From Podarcis pityusensis (taxonomy: Eukaryota), in assembly GCA_964106645.2 (NCBI GenBank), contig OZ067038.1: 64,000 nucleotides of DNA. The stretch is one strand, 5' to 3'. This document shows, piece after piece, positions 1 to 11,458 of this stretch. The position numbers were made by a program, and so were the translations under genes. Below the pieces are notes generated by a model, which saw only the letters and a list, made by a program, of their open reading frames with translations, ran no database searches and had not been told where the DNA came from. How positions within the stretch are numbered: position 1 is the stretch's first letter; each line of letters starts with the position of its first letter.

Positions 1-192
1 TTCCCACCTAGATGGTGTTTACTATGTTATTTTCTCATGTAACAATATACCCTTTGTATTGTGGTTACCTCAAGGTGGTATGTTAAGATGCTGTTCTTTC
101 ATCTATGGGCAAATTATACAATTAAAGTAATCCACTAAAAATTATTAAACTCAATTTAGAATTGGTAATAAAATTTTAGATTTTTAACACAC

Positions 193-193
<1 letters not shown>

Positions 194-228
<35 letters not shown>
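194..228. repeat. Compound (CT)n(CA)n microsatellite
   Basis: Directly visible. Confidence 0.9.
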
Positions 229-229
<1 letters not shown>

Positions 230-701
230 TCCTGCAAGAGCCACCAACAACAAGCCTGAACAAGTGATTAACAGTTGTACTTTTGATTTATGGCCAGATT
301 TTCCATTCGTTTATTCATGGTCATTCAAGGCATATATCAGAACACTATAGCCATACCATTGACCAGGACAAGTTACAAGAAGCCTGTTGCAATAATTTCA
401 ATGGCTACTGGTGAAATTTCCAGGCATTAATTCAGTGTTGGTTATAACATACAAAGTCCAACACAACTTTGGGTCTGATTATCAGAAATACTGCATTCCA
501 TCATATGAGCTTGCCTGTGTTTCAAGATTCTCAGGAGAGGCTCCCCTTTTTCCTCTCAACCTCTGAAGCATGTAGAAGATCAAGAAAGGAGAGAAATTCT
601 GAAACTCCTTGTCAGAGAAGAATCTCTGAGGATCTTCTTGGATTACCTTCTTCTGGCCAGACAGGCAAAGATACTTTTATTCAAGCACAATCTGACTTTC
701 T

Positions 702-841
702 CATAGAAGCGTAGAGTTGGAAGTGACCTTGAGAATCATCTAGTCCAACCCCCTGAAATGCATGATTATGAAGCTGTCTCTTATGGGGATCAAACCTGCA
801 ACTTTGGCATTATCAGCACCGTGTTCTAACAAACTGAGCTA
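702..841 (-). mobile_element. tRNA-derived SINE with CR1-type 3' tail
   Basis: Minus strand: TAGCTCAGTT...GCAGGTTTGATCCCC (A/B boxes), then GGGTTGGACTAGATGA...TTCCAACTCTAC...TTCTATG tail. Confidence 0.7.
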
Positions 842-1161
842 ATCACTGTAAATATTGCAATTTGTTCAACTGGCTGTTGTTCTTATTGATTTATGTTTTA
901 CATACCTCTTTTCTGATTTGATTATTATTTTGGATTTTACTGTTGCTCACTGCTGTATCATTTAGTGGAAAAATTGGAAACAAATTTAACAAATGATGAA
1001 TTCTAGACATTCAGATTTATATTAGATTTATACCACTTGGTGATTGGTCAGAGTTTTCAATGAACTTTGGGAAAAGTAGTTTGGTGCTGGGTATTCCATT
1101 AGAAATCCTTGGCTAAACTACAATTTCCCAGAACAGCAACCAAAACAAACACCCTTAAGTA

Positions 1162-1372
1162 AAGTAAAAAATTCTTTCCTGTAGCACCTTAAAGACCAAC
1201 TAAGTTAGTTCTTGGTATAAGCTTTCGTGTGCATGCACACTTCTTCAGATACACGTGCATGCACACGAAAGCTTATACCAAGAACTAACTTAGTTGGTCT
1301 TTAAGGTGCTACAGGAAAGAATTTTTTACTTCGACTATGGCAGACCAACACGGCTACCCATCTGTAACTGGA
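1162..1372. mobile_element. Penelope-like element remnant (inverted terminal-repeat pair) with about 13-bp TSD
   Basis: Perfect 77-bp inverted arms 1162-1238 and 1255-1331; GTAGCACCTTAAAGACCAAC motif; ACCCTTAAGTAAA at 1151-1163 and 1373-1385. Confidence 0.8.
1215..1252 (-). ncRNA. Minimal type I hammerhead ribozyme motif (Penelope-associated)
   Basis: Minus strand GUAU-CUGAAGA-A-GUGUGCAUGCACAC-GAAA-GC-UU-AUAC: stem I, core, palindromic stem II, palindromic stem III. Confidence 0.65.
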
Positions 1373-1405
1373 ACCCTTAAGTAAAAGTAACAATATTATA
1401 CTCAC

Positions 1406-1473
1406 TGCAGAACCAAATTGCTTCTGAAATTGATCAACAACAACATATTCTATGTCCTCCCCTTTGTCTTGAT
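1406..1473 (-). CDS. EXD1: EXD1 coding exon 5 (68 nt)
   Basis: ctgcag|(D)QDKGEDIEYVVVDQFQKQFGSA|gtgagt; resembles mammalian YTVINQFQQKFGAA. Confidence 0.88.
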
Positions 1474-4400
1474 CTGCAGTTAAAAAGATACCATACTAAA
1501 CATTTTCTCTTGCCTATGCTCACAGTATATGTTTGTAAAATATGTATTCAAAAATACACTATGCTTTCTCCTTTACAAAAAAGGTAAGCTGTGATGAGAC
1601 ATGAAACAATACTTAGAAAACAGATAAAATAAATTAACTCAGTAACCCTTTCTTCAAAACATTTGGTTATAATGCTTGTTAACAGCAAGTTACACATAAA
1701 TCTCTTAAAAAGCAGGTTGTTTCTGGATCCTCTTTTGTCAAGAAACAACTGTAATTAAAAGGCCTTTTTTCTTACTGCTCCATGACATGAATAGAACGAT
1801 ATAAAGTGATACAGTTTCCAAATTAAGCATTTGAAGGCTAGGAAATAAAAGCTAAGGCTTTCTGTATTACAGCGACCATATTATTTTTACATTCCACACA
1901 TTTTCCAGTTGAATCTAGAGTCCTAGGAATTCTCTTCCACCCAATCAACTGCAGCACTAACCACAAATACTCCATTTTGCCCATTATCTTATCTACAGCT
2001 GTAAATAAACTACTGAACTGGATTTCTGGGCTGAATTGCTTGCTGAATACACTCAAGGGCTGATTAACCTTCCACATGGCTTAGGCTATGTTAATGGTTG
2101 AAAAAGTGCCTGGGCAAGCAGACAGGCTATGGGTAGAGGTATGCCTGGAAGAGGGTATTTTCTGTTTTTATAGTTGAAAGTTGTTTTTACTGCTGTAATC
2201 TGCCCTGGGACCTTAATGTGAAGTGTGGGGAGCCTATAAACAAACAAATAGAGCCCCAAGTTGATGACATAAAAATTATGGGATTATGACTTGCTGCTTG
2301 GATATTAGGCTGAATTTCTGGTAGATACCTGAAAAGTTGTACCTGAAGTTACCCAGGTTGAGCTGATGAGTGTCCTGAGAAAGAGAATCAGGATTCTGTG
2401 TGTTCTGCTTCCGTGGTTCTCCTTTGTCCACTGCAGACACTTGGGTAGATGGAGCTTCCCTGTGCAACACATTATTAAGGGTGCCCTGATCAATTCTCAT
2501 TATCAGCTACGGTAAAACTGTGGACAGACCACACCTTACATTTTAACTAATGTAAACATAAAAACTCTTGGCATTTTATTCTACATGAAGCAAGGACTTC
2601 CTATGCAAACATTCACATCTTTCAAAAGAACTGGCAATTGATTTAGGCAATGGGGCTTCAGGATGGGCATCGCCAGGATTTGTGTTAGTGGGGGGCAATG
2701 TACCCACCTGTCATCATCCTCTATCTGGCTCTGTCTAGCAAATTTGGAATGAAATGTCTCAACAACAGTCGTATTAAATTACTTGCTTTTGAAAAGTGCT
2801 CAGAAAAATCTATCAAATTCTACTTTTAGTTAATAATTGTTATTTATTTACTTGATGGGGGGGCAACTGCCTACACCCATGGGCTTCAGGTCAGGAGAGG
2901 TTATTCTGGGTTATCCTAGAAGCAAGGAAGGGAAGATCCTCAGCAGAAAAATAGTAGAATGCAAGCAAGGAGAATTAGAGTTAAGATCACAGTCCTAACT
3001 GGAATTGCTTGTAGTGGTTTCCGGAAGTAACGTTTGTTTACCTCTGAATGGAGATTCCCTTAAATTTAGCTCAATTTTTTTCAAATTACATAACATAGGA
3101 CCATGCCACTCCTCACCCCGCCCCCAACACAAAATATTGTTTCAGTTGTGGAGGAAGGGTAATAATGAGAAGCTGGACCCAGAAACAGAGGTTATTTTAA
3201 ATTAAGAACTACAGAGGCAACGTGCAAAGTTCACTGGCTATCCTGTAAAAGGTTATGGGACAATAGATTACAGCCATCTTGCAAGTAGTAGGCTTCTGGA
3301 CTGCTTTAGTTTGCTGAATCAGTATACATATAAGATTTTCCACCTAACGTATCCTAATATCCAAGTTCACCAGTGATCTTTGATGATAAAACTCTTCGTA
3401 CGTACCTGATAGGAGTTGTCTTTCCTTCTGCAGTGTGTTGTTCCGAGTCATCAATTAATTCCACTGAAACATGAATATACAGCTCCAATTACAGATTTTG
3501 CCTTCAATGTGGAACTACACAATACCTAGAAAGTTGAAGATAGGCCAAAAACTCTACTGGCAAATGAAGAATGCAATCATGACTCCCAAGAAGAAAGGAA
3601 GCTACCAGGATCAGAAAAGAGGCACTCATTCTACAGGACAATAAGCATAGCATGACTCTTAAGAGGGTTAAATTAAATGCAAACATGTCATGGAAATAGG
3701 AAATAGGATAGAAGTTACACTGGCCTATTCTACAGAATCTCTCCAAAAACCGCTTTGGCTCTATTGACAAAAGCAGCTAGTATTACAGTACTATTATGCT
3801 CTCCACAACAGGCTGCCTATTCAGGATCTGAAAACAAGGTCCTTGAAAAGGTGAATGGGAAGTGCACAAGGATTTGAGAACGAAACAGGGAAGGGGCCAG
3901 GGGGAGAGAATGGAAACAGGGCTCACTGAATTGAGAAAGGCTGCAGAATATGCAGCCCCTAAGACTCTGCTGGGCGGCCCATTCATTTGATACAACCCTA
4001 CGTAGGTTTTCCTCCCATACCCCAAATTTGGTTTGAATCTTACCAATGAAGGGCAAGTTTGAAAATGTTATGAAGGATTTCTATTATGTCCCTAAATGAC
4101 AATTGCAACTTCCATGCATACATTTTAGATTTTGGCAGAATTAGCAAAAGTTAGAATTAATGAAGGTTTGACTAAACTGTGCCAAACATGGAAATTCCTA
4201 GACTTGGCCTATGCTAAGAGGGCCAGACCAACCTGGTAAGGCAGGCTGAGTGCAGCCATTAATAAATAGAGCAGAATCATTCCCATGACAAAAGGCGAGA
4301 CATTCAGCAGCAGACAAGGGCGGGAAAGGTTGCAAGGGTAACGGGTGTGTGATGCCTCCACAGGAATAAAAGTGTCCTTTTAAAACACAGGCTTTGAGGT

Positions 4401-7400
4401 AAGACTTAAAAGGTGTACATTTCAGAGAGAGCAGGGCAAAAGCTTCTGAAAATGTCTGTTCTACAGGCTTACAATATGACCTTCAAATGCTTTCATGTCA
4501 ACCCTTCCTCCATATAGTTCTCAGAGCTTTTACTAAATGCTTTTATTGAGCTTTGCCTGTAATCTATCAATAACTGTGTAGGCTAAGTTATTATTATTAT
4601 TATTATTATTATAACCATATTGCAAACAGAAGACTTACTGTATAATCCAGTTTACCCAAAAGTAAATCCCATTCTGTTCAAGGGGGCTTACTCCAAGGGG
4701 AGAGGTTTGTAGCCTAAGATTGAGAGAAGTTTGGAAGAGGCAAGCTATTTCCTAATTTACAACTTAATACCTTAGCAGCCACCAATTCATTGCTACAGAG
4801 GAGAGTCTGCTGGAACCAACAAGGAAGAGTTTTTTCACTTGCTTTCCCCACTCTTCCTGCAGGGGGCATTGTTTTTGCTGCTGTTTGGATGCTTTGTATT
4901 TTATTGTTAGGCATTGTTTCAGTGTTTATTAACGTGATATGTTTGTTTGCCCTATTAATAGTACTGTGGCTTTTTGTTTAAACTGTGTTGTGTTTTGTAA
5001 GTGTTAATGCATTATCCTGAAATGTTATATTTTATTCTGTATGTTATGAGCTGCTGTTCTACCATAGCAAAGAGACATACAAATATACTGATGCTGATGA
5101 TTCTAATTATAGTGATCACAAACATGAAATATTCATTATTTAATGCTTAAATCATTCCACTATCTACTGTACTGCCATCAAAGCTTCAGATCATACGTGA
5201 GCATGTATTGGCTTTAAGGATATGCAAAGACAATATTAAAGGGTACTTGACTTGCAGCTTTTCATGGAACATGCATTTTTGTAAAATGTTGGAAATAACT
5301 TGTGTAATGTGTTGAAATGTGACCAACAGATCTTTATTACAGCTTTTCCATAGCATTTTATGAATCCTGTGGTATTACTCACTGTAATAAAATTGCACAT
5401 ATATTTGTCAGTTTCACTGAACTGGATGTAGGCACATGGGGATAGTCAAGGGGGGGCAGATCAAGTAAAACAATAGAAATACTTAACCAACTGACCAATC
5501 ACATTGATTTTGCCCTCCCCACAAAAGTCATGTTCCTCCCCCCCAACAAAAATCCTGGCTACGCTCATGCATATGCATCCTTGAGTAGGGAACCTCATTT
5601 GAAAAGGGGTGGGACAAAAAGAACTGTCAGATGGCATTAAACCCAACCAAGAATTTCTGAGTATAACTAAATATATATATTCTCACCATTGACAATTTCA
5701 TGGCCAAAGAACATCTTTACTCCTGGTACAGATCTGCCACTTTCCAAGTTCTTAACTGAAGTAAACAAAATACAGTAAGGTAAGTGCCGTGGCCTTTAAC
5801 CAAAGCAAAAAGGATTTAGAAAAGTTTTTAATATTTGATGTTTTATTCTGTTTTTAATCTGTTGGGAGCCACCCAGAGTGGCTGGGGAAACCCAGTCGGA
5901 TGGGCGGAGTATAAATAATAAATAATGATTATAATTATTATTAAGAATCATGAGATATAAAACATCACTGGCGAACATAGCAGAGTGGAATTCTGTGAAA
6001 ATCATCCAACCGTCAAGCTTTCTTGTAACCTTTGAACAGTTTGCTCACTGTATAGTTTGCTTCTTCATAATTAGGTGGGCACCATACTTTTAGTATAGCT
6101 AATGTACAGTACATTGAGGATTTTTTAAATTGTGTGCATCAATCCTATTTTCTTAAGGTGCTTTGTAGCACTATACTGAGCTAATCTGTTTTATGATATT
6201 TCTTTACTGTCCTGTTTAAAATGGTGAAGTTTAAAAGCCAAGCACTGTATGTATATTTATATTATTTTCAGCCTGCCCTTCATTCCAAAGGATCTCAGAG
6301 AAGAGTATGAATTAAAATGTATTCAACATAAATAATAATAAAATAAAGACACATTCAAAATAATAGGAGGAACTAAACCAAGGGAGTAGAACCTCGGGTC
6401 TCCAGGTTCCCTCACTATGAGAAGTGAAGTTACAGGGAACCAGGCAGGAATTGCCTCCCGTCAGATGTCAAGGAAATAAACAACTATCTGACTTTTAGAA
6501 GACATCTGAGGGCAGCCCTGTATAGGGAAGCTTTTAAATGTTTCGTGATTTGTTGTGTTTTTAAATCTTAGTTGGGAGCCACCCAGAATGGCTGGGGCAA
6601 CCCAGTCAGATGGGCAGCATATAAATAATAAAATTATTATCGTCAATCAAATCAGTGTGGCCTAACACCCTATGTAGGTGTTTGCAGCTTCAGATGGCAA
6701 CCTACACACCAAATGAGCCAGAGTAGTCCTACTTATTCCAATAGACAAGAATGTGATTAAGTGATTCTTCCAGAGCAACCTACATTTTTGTCAGGACAAG
6801 GCCTTCGCTGGAAGCTGTTCTTAAGACTGTTTTCACTATCTAAGGTTTGTGGGTAACCACCAGAAAACAGCCTTTTCTGTGGTGCCTCCTAAATTATGGA
6901 ACTCCCTCCTAAATAATGTTTGCCAAGCATCTTATTACCTATCTTTTAGGCACCTGGCAAGGCCTATCCTATTTTAATGGCATTTAGTTTAGTTATGATT
7001 TCGGTTCTTTCTGTCCTGTTCAACTTAATCTTCTTGGCTAATCTATATGTTTGTTTTATTTGCTTTTTATTTTTATTTCTTTTTCCTTTTTACTAGTGTT
7101 AGCTACTTCATAAGTTCAGGAACGAGGCAGGACAGAAATCTAGACAATAAAAAGTTGTTTGTTCCTTGAAAAAGTGAATATGAGGGATCCAGACTGCTAT
7201 GTGAAGAATCAAATTCTTAGAATATTTATCCTTTTTAGCATAATAAAATGCTAGAAACCACTTAGGTTTTCTTACGATCAGGTGGTATATAGATTTTGTT
7301 AAACAAACAAATGAATAAATTCATGCCAAAAAACATAATGTTCTGCTGTAACTGGTACAGAAAATGCAGCAGATGTCTGCACATGTAACTGTGAGAGATG

Positions 7401-10400
7401 ATTCTACCCTATCAGTTGCTTAAGGTATTACTTTGGAATTCATCAAAGGATGCCAACTATTGAGAATTTATACAGCACAGCTGAGATTAGCCTTTTTTGA
7501 CTATATAAAATATGGATATATTTAATGCCTTATATGCCAACACTGTTGAAATTCTCTTGCATGTGATAAAAGTTGAACAAACACCTGCATTTCATCCAAG
7601 AAAATAAATCTTAAAAGCATTTGCATTCCAGTGTTCTTCCAATGAATTTAGTAGGACAAATTTAAAAAGCTTAACTTGCAGACAGCTGCTAAGGAATTTT
7701 CAGTACAGTAAGTGAAATCTTGTTATTATATTGTATATTTAGCATTAAGTAAACAACTCTGGAAATCTAGTCAATCTCCTTGAGATGCCACATAATAGAT
7801 CCATGTGCCGTGCTAGCAGCAGATTTTGAGAAAAGTGGATAGCTACTGCCAAAAGCATTTCAGTGATAATAGGGCCCCTATCATTTCAGTGATAAAATGA
7901 TAGGGCCCCTATCATTTCAGTGATAAAGGACCCCTGGACGGTTAAGTCCAGTCAAAGGCGACTATGGGGTGCAGCGCTTATCTCACTTTCAGGCCGAGGG
8001 AACCGGCCTTTGTACACAGACAGCTTTCCAGGTCATGTAGCCAGCATGACTAAACCGCTTCTGGTGCAATGAAACACCGTGATGGAAACTAGAGCACATG
8101 GAAACACCGTTTACCTTCCCACTGCAGCGGTATCTATTTATCTATTTGCACTGGTGTGTTTTCAAACTGCTAGGTTGGCAGGAGCTGGGACAGAGCAACA
8201 GGAACTCACTCTGTCATGGGGATTCGAACCACCAACCTTCTGATTGGCAAGCCCAAGACGCTCAGTGGTTTAGACCACAGCACCACCCGCATCCAGCGAA
8301 CACAACGAAATTATTTGCGGTTATGGAATGTTGCTAATATCTTTATGCGCCCCCTTGCCCAGACTGTCTGGAGTTTTGGGCTGGGTTGTCATCAATATGC
8401 TGATGACACCCAGCTTTATCTGTTGATGGACGGCCGCCCTGACTCGGCCCCAGACACACTAACCAGACGCTTGGAAGCTGTGGCTGGATGGCTGCGTGGG
8501 AGCCGGTTGAAGTTAAATCCTTCAAAGACAGAGGTCCTCTGGCTGGGTTGGGACAACATGGGGTTGGGGGGTCAACTCCCACCTCTTGCGGGGGCTCAAT
8601 TAGTGCCAGCTCCTTCTGTCAAGAACTTGGGTGTAACCTTCGATGCCTCCCTTTCCATGGAGGCACAGGTTGCAGCCACAGCAAAGGTGGCATTTTTCCA
8701 GTTCCGCCGTATCAAGCTGTTGGTCCCTTACCTTTCTCGCCCTGATCTGGCCACTGTGATCCATGCGACGGTCACCTCCAGGCTTGATTATTGTAACTCG
8801 CTCTACGTGGGGATGCCCTTGAAGCTGACCCAGAAACTTCAGCGGGTGCAGAATGCCACGGCGAGGCTCCTTAGGGGGTCCTTGCCATGGGATCACATTC
8901 ATCCAGTGCTTTACCAGCTGCACTGGCTCCCGGTGGAGTACTGGGTCAGGTTTAAAGTGCTGGTTTTGACCTTTAAAGCCCTATGCGGCCTAGGACCCTC
9001 ATACCTGCGGGACTGCCTCTTCTGGTATGCCCTGCGGAGGACCCTAAGGTCCACAAATAACAACACTTTGGAAGTCCCAAGCTACAAGGTAGTTAGTACT
9101 GGCCCCAACTTGGTGGAACGCTCTTTCACAAGAGACTAGGGCCCTGCGAGATTTGACATCTTTCTGCAGGGCCTGCAAGACAGAGCTGTTCCGCCTGGCC
9201 TTTGGTTTGAACTCAGTCCGACCCTTATGTTTCCCTCCTCTTATGGTTTTGATTTATGGGCTACTATTAAAATGAGGCTATTTTAAATTGTATTTTAACC
9301 TGTATTTTAATAAACTGGTTTGTTTGTTTGTTTGTTTGTTTCCCCCCCCCCATTATGTTTTATTGTAATTTTATTGGGGATTGCAGCCCTGAGCCCGGCT
9401 CTGGCCCGGGTATAAATAAAATTATTATTATTATTATTATTATTAATAATAATCTCTTGCTAAAAACATTATTTGCTGATTGGTGCAGTTAGAGTACTTT
9501 TCACTGAGAAGTTTCCAATGTCTCGTATAACTGATCCCTGTGTTAGCCTGTTGCAGGAAAAAAACACAGCTTTCTATCATTTCCAGATGGGTGTTGATTT
9601 AGGAAGCTAAATCCCCTAAACCATGGTGCTTGGATACCAGCAACTAAGAATCCAACCTACCTCCTGCTCATCCAGGATCAAATATTTGCAGTAATAGGAA
9701 ATGACAGCAAATACCACTGAAGGCAGAAGAGAGGAATGCTGTTCTGCTACTGTCTGTCAGGAATACACCTCAAGCACTGAGTAATCCAGTACATTCCCTG
9801 ATTCTAGAGATTCTTGGAATTTGGGCTATTTATGAAATTAGGCTGCACCCTTATTTGGTCATACATCAAATTACCTCAATGGGGCTTACCTTTGAGTAAA
9901 TTTAAAAAGGATTATGCTGCATTTTACATGCTCATATAGCGTAACTGTGGGACGTGGGTGGCACTGTGATCTAAACCACTGAGCATCTTGGGCTTGCCGA
10001 TTGGAAGGTTGGAGGTTTGAATCTGCTCATGTCCCAGCTTCTGCCAACCTAGCAGTTTGAAAGCACACTAGTGCAAGTAAATAAATAGGTACTTCTGCGA
10101 CGGGAAGGTAAATGGCATTTATGTGCACTCTGGCACTCATCAGTGTTCCATTGTGCCAGAAGCGATTTAGTCGTGCTAGCCACATGACCTGGAAAGCTGA
10201 CTGTGGACAAACGCTGGCTTCCCCAGCCTGAAGCGAGATGAGCACCACAATCCCATAGTCACCTTTGACTGGACTTAACCGTCCAGGGTCCTTTACCTTT
10301 TTATAGGGAACTACTATCAGTGAAATACTACCACTATACTTGTTCTTTTATTTGGATTTTTCCATGTGCATGTAACATCAAACATCCACATACCTTAAAT

Positions 10401-11111
10401 AACCATCACCTAGATAACCTAAGGAAGAACAGCAAGAGCTGTATGGGCTAGTATTTCATGCAGTCCTGGAACACAGGAGCAATTATATTTAGCACCCCTT
10501 GTAACCCTTTTGCTTTTAACATTTCAAATTGTGTACGTAAGCATTCCAAGGATATTCAATACAGAAATTTATTTTGACTATTACACCCAAATACTAACAT
10601 TGACAGATGGCTGTATTGAAAAGGGATGACCAACTGGTGGCCTGCGAGCCAGATCTAAAATTTGGAAACGTCGGGGTGAAGAGTGGAGAGATGCCCATAG
10701 ACTGACGTAAGGGAAATGATCAGTTTTCAAAAGTTCTGAGAGACAGGGATATAGCGATGCTAAAGATTTTTGTAAATTTTGAGTATAATAACTCATTGTG
10801 TGACAGCTATTTAGAGGCTTTATAATATAAGGCTTTATCATTTGATAACCATTAGAGAGACCAACATACACTTCTAATCCATAGACCATTGCTTCTAGAA
10901 AATTCAAGGATCTCCCCTAATAATAGTTGAAAAAACAGTTTCCAATAGAAATTATTTAGTTCAAAACAAATGTAGAACCTCTGTTCAGAAAGATGCTTCG
11001 GCTGGAATCCACATGTTGTAGCACCCCTTGGAATGTGCCACATTTCAGTGTGATTTTCACAGTTTTCCTCAGGATGTCATGAAGGAAGTGGTAATTGCTG
11101 CTAGGATCCAT
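1406..11111 (-). CDS. EXD1: EXD1 (piRNA-pathway exonuclease-domain protein), 5' part of CDS; join(complement 10979-11111, 5687-5755, 3406-3463, 2329-2459, 1406-1473); gene continues past the left edge
   Basis: Spliced translation MDPSSNYHFLHDILRKTVKITLKCGTFQGVLQHVDSSRSIFLNR-VKNLESGRSVPGVKMFFGHEIVN-VELIDDSEQ...-DQDKGEDIEYVVVDQFQKQFGSA resembles the EXD1 N-terminus. GT-AG junctions, consistent phases, head-to-head with CHP1 as in mammals. Confidence 0.92.
2329..2459 (-). CDS. EXD1: EXD1 coding exon 4 (131 nt)
   Basis: gcacag|(R)EAPSTQVS...NLGNFRYNFS|gtatct; phases fit both neighbours; poorly conserved linker. Confidence 0.78.
3406..3463 (-). CDS. EXD1: EXD1 coding exon 3 (58 nt)
   Basis: tttcag|(V)ELIDDSEQHTAEGKTTPI|gtacgt; phase 1 in, phase 2 out. 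Confidence 0.85.
5687..5755 (-). CDS. EXD1: EXD1 coding exon 2 (69 nt)
   Basis: ttcag|(V)KNLESGRSVPGVKMFFGHEIVN|gtgaga. Confidence 0.92.
5810..5935 (+). mobile_element. L2-type LINE 3' end fragment; related copies at about 6455-6640 and 18615-18752
   Basis: Shared GCC(A/G)CCCAGA(G/A)TGGCTGGGG..CCCAG..(A/G)GATGGGC...ATAAATAATAAA tail. Confidence 0.6.
7925..8294 (-). mobile_element. Sauria SINE
   Basis: Reverse complement has tRNA-like head, CCTGCCAACCTAGCAGTTTGAAA core and GACTGGACTTAACCGTCCAGGGGTCCTTT tail. Confidence 0.9.
8332..9445 (+). mobile_element. 5'-truncated L2-clade LINE: reverse transcriptase C-terminal half plus 3'UTR and (ATT)n tail
   Basis: HQYADDTQLY, LKLNPSKTEVL, KNLGV, TSRLDYCNSL and LHWLPV motifs in ORF 8216-9139. 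Confidence 0.92.
9949..10300 (+). mobile_element. Sauria SINE with small internal deletion
   Basis: GGGACGTGGGTGGCACTG head through CCTTTACCTTT tail. Confidence 0.9.
10979..11111 (-). CDS. EXD1: EXD1 first coding exon (133 nt from ATG)
   Basis: ATG at 11111; MDPSSNYHFL...SIFLNR plus 1 nt; donor AG|GTTCTA. Confidence 0.88.
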
Positions 11112-11286
11112 TATGTTTTTTATCCTTCAAGGAATCTGGTGCTCAGCCTAAATAAGAAACTAAACAGAAAAGCTTTCTGTTAAGTTATCATTAGTACTAT
11201 TATAAAAATTATTCTACAGTTAACAGGGACACTAAAGATAAACTACGCAAGGTAAACAAGAACTGCAGCAAGAAAAATATTTCAAT

Positions 11287-11458
11287 TACTGTACTTTTCT
11301 GTGTATAAAACTAGGGTTTTTTTTACTAAAAATAATGTTAAAAATGGGAAGTAGTCTTATACATGGGGGCAATCTCCCCCCATTTTCTTAATTTTGAGTC
11401 CCCAAAAACAGGGGGCGTCTTATACATGGGGGCGTGTTATACACAGAAAAATATGGTA
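11287..11458. mobile_element. Tc1/mariner (Tigger/pogo-like) MITE
   Basis: Imperfect TIRs ta-ctgtacttttctgtgtataa / ttatacacagaaaaatatgg-ta. Confidence 0.55.

Noticed and set aside
2321-2328. EXD1 donor GTATCT resembling a U12 5' splice site
   Set aside because: U12 consensus is GTATCCTT; here it is GTATCTAC.
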